Positions 16,283 to 16,884 of a stretch of DNA of 16,884 bases are shown here, one piece after another (position 1 is the stretch's first letter; every line of letters begins with the position of its first letter). Made by a program: the position numbers and the translations under genes. The notes under the pieces are model-generated. The model searched no databases. It was not told the DNA's origin and saw only the letters and a program-made list of their open reading frames with translations. The stretch is from the NCBI GenBank assembly GCA_038870635.1, contig JAVZJR010000006.1:9112-25995 (forward strand). The letters run 5' to 3'. Source of the DNA: Candidatus Bilamarchaeaceae archaeon. Lineage in GTDB: Archaea > Micrarchaeota > Micrarchaeia > Anstonellales > Bilamarchaeaceae.

Positions 16283-16435
16283 ATGGGAAAATTTCCAGAA
16301 GGAGACGCTGAGTTATCGAAGATTGTTATATGCAGACGATGCAAAACAAGGAACAAAGTAGGTGTAGAAAAATGCAGGAAATGTGGCTCTACTTATTTAA
16401 GACCTAAAAGGAGAGAGATAAGAGCGAAGAAATAA
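16283..16435 (+). CDS. rpl40e: 50S ribosomal protein L40e (absent from the ORF track)
   Basis: Hand translation: MGKFPEGDAELSKIVICRRCKTRNKVGVEKCRKCGSTYLRPKRREIRAKK*. Shows the ICRRC...N...CRKCG...LRPK signature, with an aggtgg RBS upstream. Confidence 0.95.
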   Translation: MGKFPEGDAELSKIVICRRCKTRNKVGVEKCRKCGSTYLRPKRREIRAKK

Positions 16436-16442
16436 TAAATAA

Positions 16443-16464
16443 TTCTTTTATTTTATTTTTATTT
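16443..16464 (+). terminator. Oligo-T tract after rpl40e (archaeal-type terminator candidate)
   Basis: ttctttttattttatttttatt begins a few nt after the stop codon. Confidence 0.4.
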
Positions 16465-16518
16465 ACATATTTTTTAATAAAAGATAACTTTATAAAAATT
16501 TGTAGAAAAAATAAATTT

Positions 16519-16884
16519 ATGGATGACCACAATCAAAATCTAAATAATCTAAAGAAAGAAGTTATACTTAGCTATATAAAAGAACATTATAGCAATTTGA
16601 GTTTTACCAATGAAGATGAAGCATTTGAATGGATAAAGAATAACAGAGAGAAGATAAAATCTAAGGATAAAGGAGAAGAGTTATCATTAAGCTATATTGC
16701 ACTTATTTTAGAAGTTGCAGAAAAGTTAGAGAAAATTAATGCACACGGATTACAGATAAAATGTGCAGCATATGATAATTATCTCTTCAATAAGGAAACT
16801 ATTGATAAGTTAGATTTTAGTAATGAAGATGAAGCATTTGAATGGATAAAGAATAACAGAGAGAAGATAAAATCTAAGGATAAA
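16519..16884 (+). CDS. 5' part of a repeat protein with 71-aa period, running off the window end
   Basis: Open from ATG 16519 to the end: MDDHNQNLNNLKKEVILSYIKEHYSNLSFTNEDEAFEWIKNNREKIKSKDKGEELSLSYIALILEVAEKLEKINAHGLQIKCAAYDNYLFNKETIDKLDFSNEDEAFEWIKNNREKIKSKDK... Confidence 0.8.
   Translation, partial: MDDHNQNLNNLKKEVILSYIKEHYSNLSFTNEDEAFEWIKNNREKIKSKDKGEELSLSYIALILEVAEKLEKINAHGLQIKCAAYDNYLFNKETIDKLDFSNEDEAFEWIKNNREKIKSKDK
16609..16884 (+). repeat. Exact direct repeat of at least 63 bp, 213-bp period (16609-16671 and 16822-16884)
   Basis: aatgaagatgaagcatttgaatggataaagaataacagagagaagataaaatctaaggataaa occurs twice, identical up to the last base of the window. Confidence 0.95.

Noticed and set aside
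16146..16361. 71-aa plus-strand ORF
   Set aside because: Overlaps both the 258-aa gene and rpl40e in another frame and has no recognisable features.

Overview
AT-rich archaeal DNA. It carries Dph2, ribosomal protein L40e, a tandem Lrp/AsnC regulator, a COG2521-like methyltransferase and GGTG-type ribosome-binding sites; the overall style suggests a DPANN lineage such as Micrarchaeota (inference). Both ends of the window fall inside exact repeats (a 69-bp tandem array on the left, a 213-bp-period coding repeat on the right), so this may be a whole contig broken by repeats. Left to right: structured 69-bp array; tandem Lrp/AsnC regulator divergent from a radical SAM (Twitch/SPASM-like) enzyme; an unlisted 45-aa zinc-ribbon microprotein; methyltransferase, Cys-rich lipoprotein and HPr-kinase-like ATPase; 1268-aa membrane-anchored coiled-coil protein; HerA/VirB4-like ATPase; triple zinc-ribbon protein; ~753-aa multidomain exported protein; dph2; two hypotheticals; rpl40e; truncated repeat protein. 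The most striking object is the ~753-aa protein. It appears to combine a signal peptide, an outer-membrane beta-barrel-like region, a transglutaminase-like Cys-His-Asp domain and a C-terminal TonB_C-like domain, which are Gram-negative envelope modules unexpected in an archaeon. All domain calls are from motif recognition by eye, not database searches.
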